From a virus, in IMG/VR virus record IMGVR_UViG_3300005764_000007, positions 1-41,889 of that record: a DNA stretch of 41,889 bases. One strand, 5' to 3'. The translations under genes and the position numbers were made by a program. Numbering within the stretch: position 1 is the first letter of the stretch; each line of letters opens with the position of its first letter. Below, piece by piece: positions 7,591-15,455 of the stretch. The notes under the pieces are model-generated. The model made no database searches, was not told where the DNA came from, and was given only the letters and a program-made list of their open reading frames with translations.

Positions 7591-8584
7591 AGCAGCGCCG
7601 CCCGTGGAGCCGAAGACGCTGGAGCGGACGCAGCCCGCGGCGAGCTCGACATCGCCGCGCATGTCGCTGGAGCACTTGATACTGATCCCTGATCCCGAGC
7701 TCCGCGCGCGCGTCATCAACGAATACGCTCAGAAGGATCTGGAGCGGCAGAACTATGCGCAGGATCTCGCCGATGCGCGCCAGTTTGCAGTGAGCGGATT
7801 CTTTGACGACATCAAGGGCAACACGCTGGAGCAAGCGATAGCGAAGGCGATGGTGAAGGTCAGGATCGGTCGAAGCTGGGGCTTCAGCGCGGCTGACTCG
7901 ATCCGCCACATCTACATGGCGAATGGCCGCCCGTCGATTGAAAACGAGCTCGTAGCCGCGAAACTCCAGCAAGCCGGCATAGATTGGGACATCGAGTGGT
8001 ACGAGAAGAACGTGCCCTATGAGGGCGCGCAGTGGGCGCAATGTACGGGCTGTCGGCTGTGGCTGAAGAAGTGGAACCGCGAGACGCAGCGCTATGATGT
8101 GATGCTCGACCGCAACGGCAAGCCGATCTCCGTAGCTTTCGTGAAAGCTGACGCCGATCATGCGGTGATTCACGAAAAAGGCGTCGAGAAGAAGCTATCG
8201 GAGAAGTGGAACTTCCAATCATGGGCGCGTGATATGTACTACTGGAAGTGCATCGCGCGAGTGAAGAAGTACCACGCGCCGCACGTGCTGCGCGGAGTGC
8301 TCACGAAAGAAGAGCTCCTCGAAACGCTGCCCGCTGACGCGATGCCGCCGAGCGAATTGCCGCGCGACTTGCAGCCCGCGCCCGCAGTGATCGAAGCCCC
8401 CAAGCCAGCGACGCTGCGCGAGCACTTACAGGGCATTGAAAATTTATCGGACGCGCCGCCGTGGGAGACGCCCGGACAGATGACGCTCGATCAGCAGACG
8501 CAGATGGAGCCGAAGACGGACCCGGAGAAGACCCCGAAGAGCGGCGCTGCCCAAGCTGTGACTCCGCGCGCACCGAAGAAGTAA
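7550..8584 (+). CDS. RecT/Red-beta-like single-strand annealing protein
   Basis: AGGAGG RBS. It sits immediately downstream of the YqaJ exonuclease. The core segment ...IRHIYMANGRPSIENELVAAKLQQAGI... resembles RecT-family proteins, and the tails are disordered. Confidence 0.7.
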   Translation: MQPTEAEATQTQTEAAPPVEPKTLERTQPAASSTSPRMSLEHLILIPDPELRARVINEYAQKDLERQNYAQDLADARQFAVSGFFDDIKGNTLEQAIAKAMVKVRIGRSWGFSAADSIRHIYMANGRPSIENELVAAKLQQAGIDWDIEWYEKNVPYEGAQWAQCTGCRLWLKKWNRETQRYDVMLDRNGKPISVAFVKADADHAVIHEKGVEKKLSEKWNFQSWARDMYYWKCIARVKKYHAPHVLRGVLTKEELLETLPADAMPPSELPRDLQPAPAVIEAPKPATLREHLQGIENLSDAPPWETPGQMTLDQQTQMEPKTDPEKTPKSGAAQAVTPRAPKK

Positions 8585-8688
8585 CGCGCGAGTCATTCAC
8601 CGGAGTACGGGCTGAAGACGGGACATGCGAGCGCTGGACCGTGCGCGCGCTCGTGTGTCATGACTGCGGAGTGATCGAGGAGCTATGA
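8461..8688 (+). CDS. Possible small zinc-ribbon protein (CPSC ... CHDC)
   Basis: Two CxxC pairs about 30 aa apart. The only in-frame start (GTG 8461) forces a 124-nt overlap with the annealase gene, so confidence is low. Confidence 0.3.
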   Translation: MGDARTDDARSADADGAEDGPGEDPEERRCPSCDSARTEEVTRESFTGVRAEDGTCERWTVRALVCHDCGVIEEL

Positions 8689-9071
8689 ATCATACAAAAC
8701 ACGAAACGCTGGCCGAGCAATTACAGCGCATCCGTGAGCGCAATGTGATCAGAAGTCGAGAGCAGCGCATCGAGCTAGGCGAGCAGCCAGCACAAGAGGA
8801 GCGCAGCACGCCAAGACTTACGCGCCCGTTCTTCTGTCGCACGTGCGGCAAAGAGACTGTAACTGATCGGATACCGGAGGGCTGGTACACAATCAATCGG
8901 CACACTTCGGAGAAGTCCGTGCGGCTAGGCGTCTACTGCTCGATTGAATGCTTCATAGAATCCATTCCGCGCTTGCGGGGCATCGATCACGATTTAACGG
9001 AGCGCGGCGTACCGCTGGTGGGTGGAATGCATCCGCCGCGCGGCGAAGCGCCGACGAAGAGGCGCACATGA
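8685..9071 (+). CDS. Hypothetical Cys-containing protein (CRTCGK ... CSIEC)
   Basis: GAGGAG RBS and ATGA-type coupling to its neighbours. Confidence 0.65.
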   Translation: MNHTKHETLAEQLQRIRERNVIRSREQRIELGEQPAQEERSTPRLTRPFFCRTCGKETVTDRIPEGWYTINRHTSEKSVRLGVYCSIECFIESIPRLRGIDHDLTERGVPLVGGMHPPRGEAPTKRRT

Positions 9072-9283
9072 AGAAGATCGAAGGCGTTCATACGCGCGAG
9101 ACAGAAGTACCGGAGGGCGGGCGCGTGCTCGTGGTCGAGCTCCACCGCAGATACATGCGCATCTGGCGCAAAGGCGCGCGCGAGCCAGTACCCGATATCA
9201 GCTATCAGGCGATCTACGATCTGTCGCGCAAGTTTGCGTACCGCGAGCAGCTTGAAGCTATGCAGCAGAAGAAGAGGGCATGA
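9068..9283 (+). CDS. Hypothetical protein (71 aa)
   Basis: The ATG at 9068 overlaps the upstream stop (ATGA) and lies in the frame of the listed 8948..9283 ORF. Confidence 0.55.
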   Translation: MKKIEGVHTRETEVPEGGRVLVVELHRRYMRIWRKGAREPVPDISYQAIYDLSRKFAYREQLEAMQQKKRA

Positions 9284-9286
9284 GCA

Positions 9287-9568
9287 ATGCAGGGCGTACG
9301 CATTCAACTGCTCGACTTAGCGGACGGCGGGCAGCACGAGCTCAACGGGCAGTATCTCGTCAGCTATGACGCTGACTATCACTGGCCCGATGGCAGCTAT
9401 CACGGCGGAAAGCTGATCTGCACTCCGCACGTGGAGCGCGCGCCCATGTTTCCAATTGAGCGCGCCTACGAGATTTATAAATCCGGGCCGATGTGCCGCT
9501 GCCATCGGAAGCGACCGGACGGCAAGCCGAATCGTCCGCTGACTGCGTTCAATGTCTTGATGGGGTGA
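9287..9568 (+). CDS. Hypothetical protein (93 aa)
   Basis: Listed ORF, tightly packed in the co-directional operon. Confidence 0.55.
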   Translation: MQGVRIQLLDLADGGQHELNGQYLVSYDADYHWPDGSYHGGKLICTPHVERAPMFPIERAYEIYKSGPMCRCHRKRPDGKPNRPLTAFNVLMG

Positions 9569-9571
9569 CTG

Positions 9572-9787
9572 ATGAAGACGACACGTACGCTCATGCGCAT
9601 AACTCATATCAGCGGAAGCGATCAGCAACATTGCATCTGTGGCAGGGCGCGCGCCTTCGTGGTTCATATCAGCCACGATGGTCACAATCGTCACGGCAAA
9701 AAGATCCGCATTAACACGATGCGCTCTTTCTGTGAGGGTCACGCCGCGCGCTATGCGCAGCGCTTCGGCCTGGAGCTCCCGCAGTGA
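9572..9787 (+). CDS. Hypothetical Cys/His-rich protein (71 aa)
   Basis: Listed ORF with a 3-nt gap to the upstream gene. Its stop overlaps the next GTG start. Confidence 0.55.
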   Translation: MKTTRTLMRITHISGSDQQHCICGRARAFVVHISHDGHNRHGKKIRINTMRSFCEGHAARYAQRFGLELPQ

Positions 9788-10140
9788 AGCTGACCGACGG
9801 GCAGAAGAAGGCGCGCGCCGAGAAGCGCGAGAAGAGGCTGGCGCAGTGTCCGCACGCGCGGATTGCGAACTGCCACGACAAGTGGGGCGTCATCGTGGAA
9901 TTCGAGGAGGGCTACCAGACCCTAAGAATCAGTTATCGCGGCGATGCCTGGAGGCAGACCACGCATGCGCAGTGGAAAGACACCACCATCTGGTTCGACA
10001 GGCAGGAACTGGGCACCCTGGCTGCGTTCCTGCACGCTGGTATTGCGCGCTACAACGCCATCGTCCAGGAGATCAACACGCAAGTGCGCGAGACGCCCGC
10101 GCTTGAAAGGCTGGAGCAGATATCAGCGGAGAAGCCATGA
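9784..10140 (+). CDS. Hypothetical protein (118 aa)
   Basis: GTGA overlap upstream and ATGA overlap downstream. Confidence 0.6.
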   Translation: MKLTDGQKKARAEKREKRLAQCPHARIANCHDKWGVIVEFEEGYQTLRISYRGDAWRQTTHAQWKDTTIWFDRQELGTLAAFLHAGIARYNAIVQEINTQVRETPALERLEQISAEKP

Positions 10141-10343
10141 AGCGTCTATCCATGCGTGCTGCGCAGCGCTGCGAGACAGCGAAGGGCAAGACGTGCAAGT
10201 GTCGCTGCGGCGGCTTGCTGCACGGCGCGGGGCGCGGCCAGGATGCCAGCTACTTCGAGAAGCTGCCGAAGGATGATCCGCATCACGCGCTCAGCAAGGG
10301 CAAGAAACCGGAGAAGCCGTTGCCGTTGTTCGATCAGGAGTAA
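10137..10343 (+). CDS. Hypothetical small protein with a CKCRCGG..HG motif (68 aa)
   Basis: ATGA overlap with the upstream gene; Cys cluster KTCKCRCGGLLHG. Confidence 0.5.
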   Translation: MKRLSMRAAQRCETAKGKTCKCRCGGLLHGAGRGQDASYFEKLPKDDPHHALSKGKKPEKPLPLFDQE

Positions 10344-10346
10344 GCG

Positions 10347-10886
10347 ATGAGTGAGTACATCGAAGTCACGCTGACGTGGGCGCAAGCTGCGAGCGCGGCC
10401 ATGATCGGACTGCACCGCAACATGCGCGCGATGAAGGAGGGGCGCGTGCATCGCGCGGACAGCCGCGCCATGAATGACTACTCAGTAGAGAACGCCTGGA
10501 CTAATCACGTCGAAGGCGCAGCGGGCGAGATGGCGTGCGCGAAAGCGCTGAACATCTTCTATCCAGCCACGATCAATACTTTCGGCGCGCCCGACATAGC
10601 GCGGCTCGAAGTGAAGACGCGATTGAAGCATAACTACGAGCTCCGCATATTTCGAGACAGCCCCGATGAGGATGCCTACGTGCTCGTGACTGGGCGCATC
10701 CCGACGTTTCGCGTCTGGGGCTGGCTGTGGGGTCACGAAGCTAAGCGTGAGGACTGGTGGAAAGATCCGGGCAAGTATGATCAGCCCGCATACTTCGCGC
10801 CGCATTCAGCGCTGCGTCCGCTATCGACGTTGCCGCCCGAGCTCCTGTATCCGGGCGGCGCAATTGTGGAGCGGACGGAACGATGA
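10347..10886 (+). CDS. PD-(D/E)XK-type nuclease-like protein
   Basis: GAAGEMACAKAL ... GAPDIARLEVKTR gives a D-x(n)-E-x-K arrangement. The call rests on this motif only. Confidence 0.55.
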   Translation: MSEYIEVTLTWAQAASAAMIGLHRNMRAMKEGRVHRADSRAMNDYSVENAWTNHVEGAAGEMACAKALNIFYPATINTFGAPDIARLEVKTRLKHNYELRIFRDSPDEDAYVLVTGRIPTFRVWGWLWGHEAKREDWWKDPGKYDQPAYFAPHSALRPLSTLPPELLYPGGAIVERTER

Positions 10887-11089
10887 CCAAAGCGCGGTTG
10901 CTGGACATCTTCACGCGACACGATGACGACGATGACGCGTGCGAGGTCCAGATCATGCTAGAGCGGGCCAGTGGCGAGATCGAAGAAGCATATATTGACA
11001 GCGCGCGCTATCAGAGGACCGAAGACGGATACGAAGCCACGGAAATCTTTCTGATCGCGCGGCTGTATGACGAAGGAGTAGACACATGA
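10883..11089 (+). CDS. Very acidic 68-aa protein (DDDDD run; about 19 D/E against about 7 K/R)
   Basis: Listed ORF with ATGA overlaps at both ends. Composition counted from the translation. Confidence 0.6.
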   Translation: MTKARLLDIFTRHDDDDDACEVQIMLERASGEIEEAYIDSARYQRTEDGYEATEIFLIARLYDEGVDT

Positions 11090-12030
11090 GCACAGATGAA
11101 CTGGGCGGCTATCGCGTTCATCCAGCGGCGGCGCTATTCCCGGCGCTGGAGGGGCAGGAATACGAAGCCCTCAAACATTCCATCGAAACGGGCGGGCAGC
11201 GCAATCCCATCTGGGTGCAAGGCGACACGCTGCTAGACGGGCGCAATCGTCTGCGCGCGTGCCTCGATCTGAACATAAAACCCATCGTCAGAGAGTACGA
11301 AGGCGATGCGCCCGCGCAGTTGATCTGCGATCAGAACATCAATCGGCGCGATCTGACGGATGAACTGCGCGCGCTGATCAAAGCGCAGATAGACGGCTTG
11401 ATCGTGCGCGAGCGGAATCTGACGAAGCAGATCGAGGCAGGCAAGACGCAGGGTGAGCACGGCAAAGAGGGCGGGCGAGGGCGGAAGAAACCCCTGTGCC
11501 CGGATTCAGGCACAGGGGTTTCAAAGCGCGACTGGTCTAAGGTTCACACTAACAGCACGGTAGGTCAGATCGCGACTGAAGCCAAAGTCAGCCGTCACAA
11601 AGCGGCCCAAGCCGTCGCTGTCGCGAAGGAGCCCGACTTAGCCCAAGATGTCCATGAAGGCAAGCTGAAACTGAAGGACGCTGCGCGCGTCGCGAAGCAG
11701 CGAAAGCCAGCGAAGCCGAAACCGCACAAGCACGGCGCGACGCGCACGAATCTTTTGCGGGGCGAAAAAATGCGCGTGGAGTCTATGCTGCCGTACATGC
11801 GCGGCATAGTCCGGGCAATGTCAGAAATAGACTACGTAATTCTGGCAGACGCGCTGACCGAAGAAGAAGCGCGTTACGCCGTCGAGACAGCATGGCAGGT
11901 GCATAGAGCCTTCCGCGTATTTGCGGAGCAGTTAGCAGACACAAAGGGAATTCCGCGCACCAGTCGCGCGAGAGATAAGGAGAACGTAAATGGACGCAGT
12001 GAAGCAAGCGAAACAATCAGGCCGAACTGA
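11086..12030 (+). CDS. ParB-fold (ParB/Srx N-terminal domain) protein with a central HTH-like segment
   Basis: VHPAAALFPAL..EYEALKHSIETGGQRNPIWV..DTLLDGRNRLRAC matches the ParB N-terminal box ending in DG.(H/N)R. STVGQIATEAKVSRHKAAQAVAVAK looks like an HTH. Confidence 0.8.
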   Translation: MSTDELGGYRVHPAAALFPALEGQEYEALKHSIETGGQRNPIWVQGDTLLDGRNRLRACLDLNIKPIVREYEGDAPAQLICDQNINRRDLTDELRALIKAQIDGLIVRERNLTKQIEAGKTQGEHGKEGGRGRKKPLCPDSGTGVSKRDWSKVHTNSTVGQIATEAKVSRHKAAQAVAVAKEPDLAQDVHEGKLKLKDAARVAKQRKPAKPKPHKHGATRTNLLRGEKMRVESMLPYMRGIVRAMSEIDYVILADALTEEEARYAVETAWQVHRAFRVFAEQLADTKGIPRTSRARDKENVNGRSEASETIRPN

Positions 12031-12796
12031 AGTTATGACCGTGCTGGCGCAGGATCTCGTACCGCATCCGCGCGTGCAGCGGCGCCTAAATGAAGCCAAA
12101 GTCAAAAAGCTGATGGCGGATGCCGACTTGGACGCTATTGGCACAATGCACGCCGTGCGCTATCCGATTGAAGGAGTCACGCGCGACTGGCAGATAGACG
12201 GTAATCATCGCCGCAACATGCTTATCAATTTGGGACTGGGCGAATGGCCCGTAGAGCTCATGGTGCATCTGGATGTTAAGGAGGACGCGCGCGCGGCGGA
12301 TCTATTTCTGAAGCTGAATAATCGCTTTGTGGTAGACGCCTTTGACAGATTCGAGCAGGCGTTTATTGCGGGACATTCAGAAGCGGTCGGGGCGCAGGAT
12401 GTAGCGGAACGGCACGGATATGTCATATCGAAGAGCAACGGCAACGGACATCTATCATGCGTGCAATCGCTTCAACGGTTGTGGAGCGCAGATGGGGGAG
12501 TCACGCTAGACGCCACGCTGGGCACCATCGTTGAGGCATGGGGTCATACGGCGGCTTCGTCCGAAGGCAAACTGATTGAGGGGCTGGGGCTGTTGTATCG
12601 GCGCTACGGGGCTGAAATAGACCGCCCCGCGCTGGTCACGCGGATAGCGAAGTATCCGGGCAGAGCGTCGGCGCTGCTGGGCGATGCAAAGGGCCATCGT
12701 CAGTTGCGGCGCATGTCCATGACGCGCTCCGTCGCTGAAAGCATCCGCACAACTTACAACGCGCAGCGCCGCGCACACAAGCTGGACCCGTTATAA
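11990..12796 (+). CDS. Second ParB-fold protein (DGNHR motif; DndB/DGQHR-like flavour)
   Basis: AAGGAG RBS 7 nt upstream of the ATG at 11990. LVPHPRVQRRL...VKKLMADADLDAIG...WQIDGNHRRNML matches the ParB/Srx signature. Confidence 0.75.
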   Translation: MDAVKQAKQSGRTEVMTVLAQDLVPHPRVQRRLNEAKVKKLMADADLDAIGTMHAVRYPIEGVTRDWQIDGNHRRNMLINLGLGEWPVELMVHLDVKEDARAADLFLKLNNRFVVDAFDRFEQAFIAGHSEAVGAQDVAERHGYVISKSNGNGHLSCVQSLQRLWSADGGVTLDATLGTIVEAWGHTAASSEGKLIEGLGLLYRRYGAEIDRPALVTRIAKYPGRASALLGDAKGHRQLRRMSMTRSVAESIRTTYNAQRRAHKLDPL

Positions 12797-13042
12797 GTGA
12801 CGGGGAAAACGATGACATACAACGAACGACTTCATAGAGCCCGGACGCATAACGCGGCGCTTGATGCTATCGACCGACGCAACGCTAACCCGACTCCAGC
12901 GGAGGCGGGAGGGCTGGCGCTATTTGAGACGGCGATGGAGGCTATCAGGGCGGGGCTTAAGGGCGAGGATCTCGATATGGTCGCCGAAGGTTATGTCATG
13001 TTGCGTGATTTCGACCAAATGATTTTGCGGAGACTTTCATGA
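12797..13042 (+). CDS. Hypothetical protein (start GTG 12797 or ATG 12812)
   Basis: Listed ORF. The ATG at 12812 has GGGGA upstream. ATGA overlap downstream. Confidence 0.55.
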   Translation: MTGKTMTYNERLHRARTHNAALDAIDRRNANPTPAEAGGLALFETAMEAIRAGLKGEDLDMVAEGYVMLRDFDQMILRRLS

Positions 13043-13251
13043 ACGATCCACTATCAGACGCGATCGCGCATCAATTGCGTGTCGCTGACATTCAGTGCTC
13101 GGCGCTGAATGAGCTCATATCCATCGTGCTGCGCTTGCCGCTGCGCGATGAGGACATGCGAATGATCGCAGCGTGGGCGCGCCGTCACACTGAGGCGATA
13201 GCAGCGTCACGCGCGCGGATTGTCCAGCGCGAGCGCGCGACGCTCAACTGA
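13039..13251 (+). CDS. Hypothetical protein (70 aa)
   Basis: ATGA overlap with the upstream gene. Confidence 0.55.
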   Translation: MNDPLSDAIAHQLRVADIQCSALNELISIVLRLPLRDEDMRMIAAWARRHTEAIAASRARIVQRERATLN

Positions 13252-13258
13252 GGGAGTC

Positions 13259-14074
13259 ATGAAGCAAGCCGTACAGTTGGCTTTCGACTATGCCGCGCTG
13301 GACGCTGACACGCGCGCCTTCGTCCAGGAGCGCGCCGCAGCGATTCACAGGCTGGCCCGCGCGACAGCCGCCGCAATCGTCCAGATCGGCCAGATGCTGA
13401 CCGAAGTGAAGGAGCGGCTAGGACACGGGAAGTTTCAGGAGTGGATTAGACGCGAATTCGCATGGACCATTCGACACGCCCAGAACTTCATGCTGGTGTA
13501 TCGGGAATTTAAAAACGAAAACTTTTCGCATTTGGAGATCGACGCCTCAGCACTCTTTCTAATTGCGAAGCCCTCCACGCCGGAGCCCGTGCGCGTGGAA
13601 GCGATTCGACGCGCGGAGCTCGGCGAGAAGGTCACGCACTCCGTGGTGCGAAACGTAGTCACTGAGTATCAGAAATCTGGCGATGCGTCAGTAGCCGTCA
13701 GTAAGCTATTCGATGTGGTGCGTCAAGCGAAGGTGCAGGAGGCTGACGATAAGCGCCGCTTGCCCTCGCCCGCAGAAGCGCGACAGAAGGCGATAGAGAG
13801 CGGCGCGCATACGCTCGACTGGAACGGCAACTATCAGCCGCCCATGACGAAGGAGGCGCAAGCTGAGTGGCGTGCAGACATGCGCCGCCTGGGTCCGCTG
13901 TGGGATTTTCTGCGCTGGGTCGCGAGCACAGACAATCCCGATCCAACCGCTGCCGTGCAACTGATCGAATCGCGGCATTGGCGTCGCGACTTCACCCCGT
14001 ACACTCGCAACGCGTCAGCGTGGCTTAAGGACTTTAGCGAGGCTTTATGGCGAGAAAAAAAGCAAACGAGTTAA
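13259..14074 (+). CDS. DUF3102-like protein
   Basis: GAGGGAG RBS before the ATG at 13259. IVQIGQMLTEVKERLGHGKFQEWIRREFAWTIRHAQNFMLVY resembles the conserved DUF3102 core seen on plasmids and phages (recalled, not searched). Confidence 0.6.
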   Translation: MKQAVQLAFDYAALDADTRAFVQERAAAIHRLARATAAAIVQIGQMLTEVKERLGHGKFQEWIRREFAWTIRHAQNFMLVYREFKNENFSHLEIDASALFLIAKPSTPEPVRVEAIRRAELGEKVTHSVVRNVVTEYQKSGDASVAVSKLFDVVRQAKVQEADDKRRLPSPAEARQKAIESGAHTLDWNGNYQPPMTKEAQAEWRADMRRLGPLWDFLRWVASTDNPDPTAAVQLIESRHWRRDFTPYTRNASAWLKDFSEALWREKKQTS

Positions 14075-14580
14075 GAACCGAAGCCCGCGCGCGCTTCGAG
14101 CATTTCATTGCCGCTGAGCTAGAGACTCATCCCGATGTCGGCACGGATTCGCTGGCGCGCAACTTCTACGCGCGCGAAGAGCCGCTGCTGAAGAAGATTG
14201 CTGGCGCTGTCATCATCAGCATTCTTGTGAAGTGGGCCGATGACATTCTAAGTCAGTCTGTCGCCGTCCATGCGTCGCGCAATGGGCGAGGACAATTAGC
14301 GCTGCCCTTAAATCTTCAGGGCATTGAATTGTCTGGAGCGTTCAGCTTTCTTAACGGCGCAAATAAGATTCGCTTCGTAGCAAACTACAAGGCCACCTTG
14401 TTCCATCTGGACTCACACGCGCAGCTTCTTCGCAAGCATGAAGACGAGGTGCATGATGCGCGCGTGGACTTCGAGCGCGTGATTGAGTGCGTGAGACCGA
14501 TTATGCAGCGCCATCCGAGCATCACTCTGGCGGACGCGCTTCAGGAGCTCATCAAAACCGAAGAGCCCGAAGAGAACTAA
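14047..14580 (+). CDS. Hypothetical protein (177 aa)
   Basis: Listed ORF with a 28-nt overlap with the upstream gene. Confidence 0.6.
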   Translation: MARKKANELRTEARARFEHFIAAELETHPDVGTDSLARNFYAREEPLLKKIAGAVIISILVKWADDILSQSVAVHASRNGRGQLALPLNLQGIELSGAFSFLNGANKIRFVANYKATLFHLDSHAQLLRKHEDEVHDARVDFERVIECVRPIMQRHPSITLADALQELIKTEEPEEN

Positions 14581-14587
14581 GGCGCGC

Positions 14588-14764
14588 ATGCCCATCAAAA
14601 TCCGTTTCCGGTGCATGGCGTGTCCCGCGCTGCTCGATCTGGAGGGCGAAAACTTTCAGTATCGAGAGTATCTGGGCGCGCTCCGCGCTGAAGGCTGGCG
14701 CGTGCTGATCGATCACATGGACGTTTCGATATTCTGCCCGAATTGCCCGCTGCCCGAATTCTGA
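14588..14764 (+). CDS. 58-aa Cys4 zinc-ribbon protein (CMAC ... CPNC)
   Basis: My own translation gives MPIKIRFRCMACPALLDLEGENFQYREYLGALRAEGWRVLIDHMDVSIFCPNCPLPEF, with the stop at 14762-14764. It is below the ORF-track cut-off and fills an otherwise empty gap. Confidence 0.5.
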   Translation: MPIKIRFRCMACPALLDLEGENFQYREYLGALRAEGWRVLIDHMDVSIFCPNCPLPEF

Positions 14765-14852
14765 GGAGAGGAGAGCCCGCCAACCTGCTGACCGGCGAGA
14801 CGTTTGACGCGTATGACACAGAGTATGTTACACTTGACGTTTGGATCACAGT

Positions 14853-15206
14853 ATGAAAACACGACAGACGACAAGCGAAGCAAACGCGATGACCGGACTC
14901 CCGTATGGGAGCGGCTCGCTTCAGATGCGCGGCAATTTTTATTGGGCGATGTATCGCGATGCGAGCGGACGCTTGCATCAAGAGAACACGCACACGAACG
15001 AATTCAGCGGAGCTCTATCGATCCTGACGGAGCGCGCAATTGCGACAGCCGAGAAGCGACTGGAGCAACTGTATCGAGTGCTGCATGAAACATCTAAGGG
15101 TGACAGTGCAGCCCGGACCGCCGATGAGCGAAGAAGAACTCCTCGCCGCTCTAAAACTGATGCGCGAAATAGGAGCGCAAGTCGAGCGCGAAGAGCAAAG
15201 CAGTAA
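14853..15206 (+). CDS. Hypothetical protein with an integrase Arm/AP2-like beta motif (GSLQMRGNFYWAMYRDASGRLHQE); candidate DNA-binding factor upstream of int
   Basis: This is the listed 14841..15206 frame with the first ATG at 14853. The Arg-rich C-terminal third has poor third-position GC and overlaps a better-looking frame (15085/15124..15252). Confidence 0.4.
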   Translation: MKTRQTTSEANAMTGLPYGSGSLQMRGNFYWAMYRDASGRLHQENTHTNEFSGALSILTERAIATAEKRLEQLYRVLHETSKGDSAARTADERRRTPRRSKTDARNRSASRARRAKQ

Positions 15207-15248
15207 CGAAGCAGAAAAAACGAAACCAGATAGAAACGAAACCGAACA

Positions 15249-15455
15249 ATGAACAAATTTAGATATCACGCCCCGCTCGATCCTGAATGCCCCATAGTCG
15301 CTGGATATCGCCGCGCGATGTACGCCGACCCCATGACGGAGTGCGCGCCGTCCGATGTGCTGCGCGAGCTCGCTGAAGACTGGAGCCGCTCGCATCGCAG
15401 CAAGTGTGCGCGCTGCGCTGAGTACGGAGCCGCGAACATCGAGGTGATGGGCTAA
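15249..15455 (+). CDS. Hypothetical protein (68 aa)
   Basis: ATGA overlap with the 15040-frame ORF stop, and TAATG overlap with the integrase start. Confidence 0.55.
   Translation: MNKFRYHAPLDPECPIVAGYRRAMYADPMTECAPSDVLRELAEDWSRSHRSKCARCAEYGAANIEVMG

Noticed and set aside
6577-8173. Minus-strand ORFs 6577..7203 (208 aa) and 7523..8173 (216 aa)
   Set aside because: They are antisense to the YqaJ exonuclease and RecT-like genes. They are Arg/Leu/His-rich, and the same holds for 28644..29219, 31850..32539 and 33248..34027 opposite TerL, capsid and connector genes.
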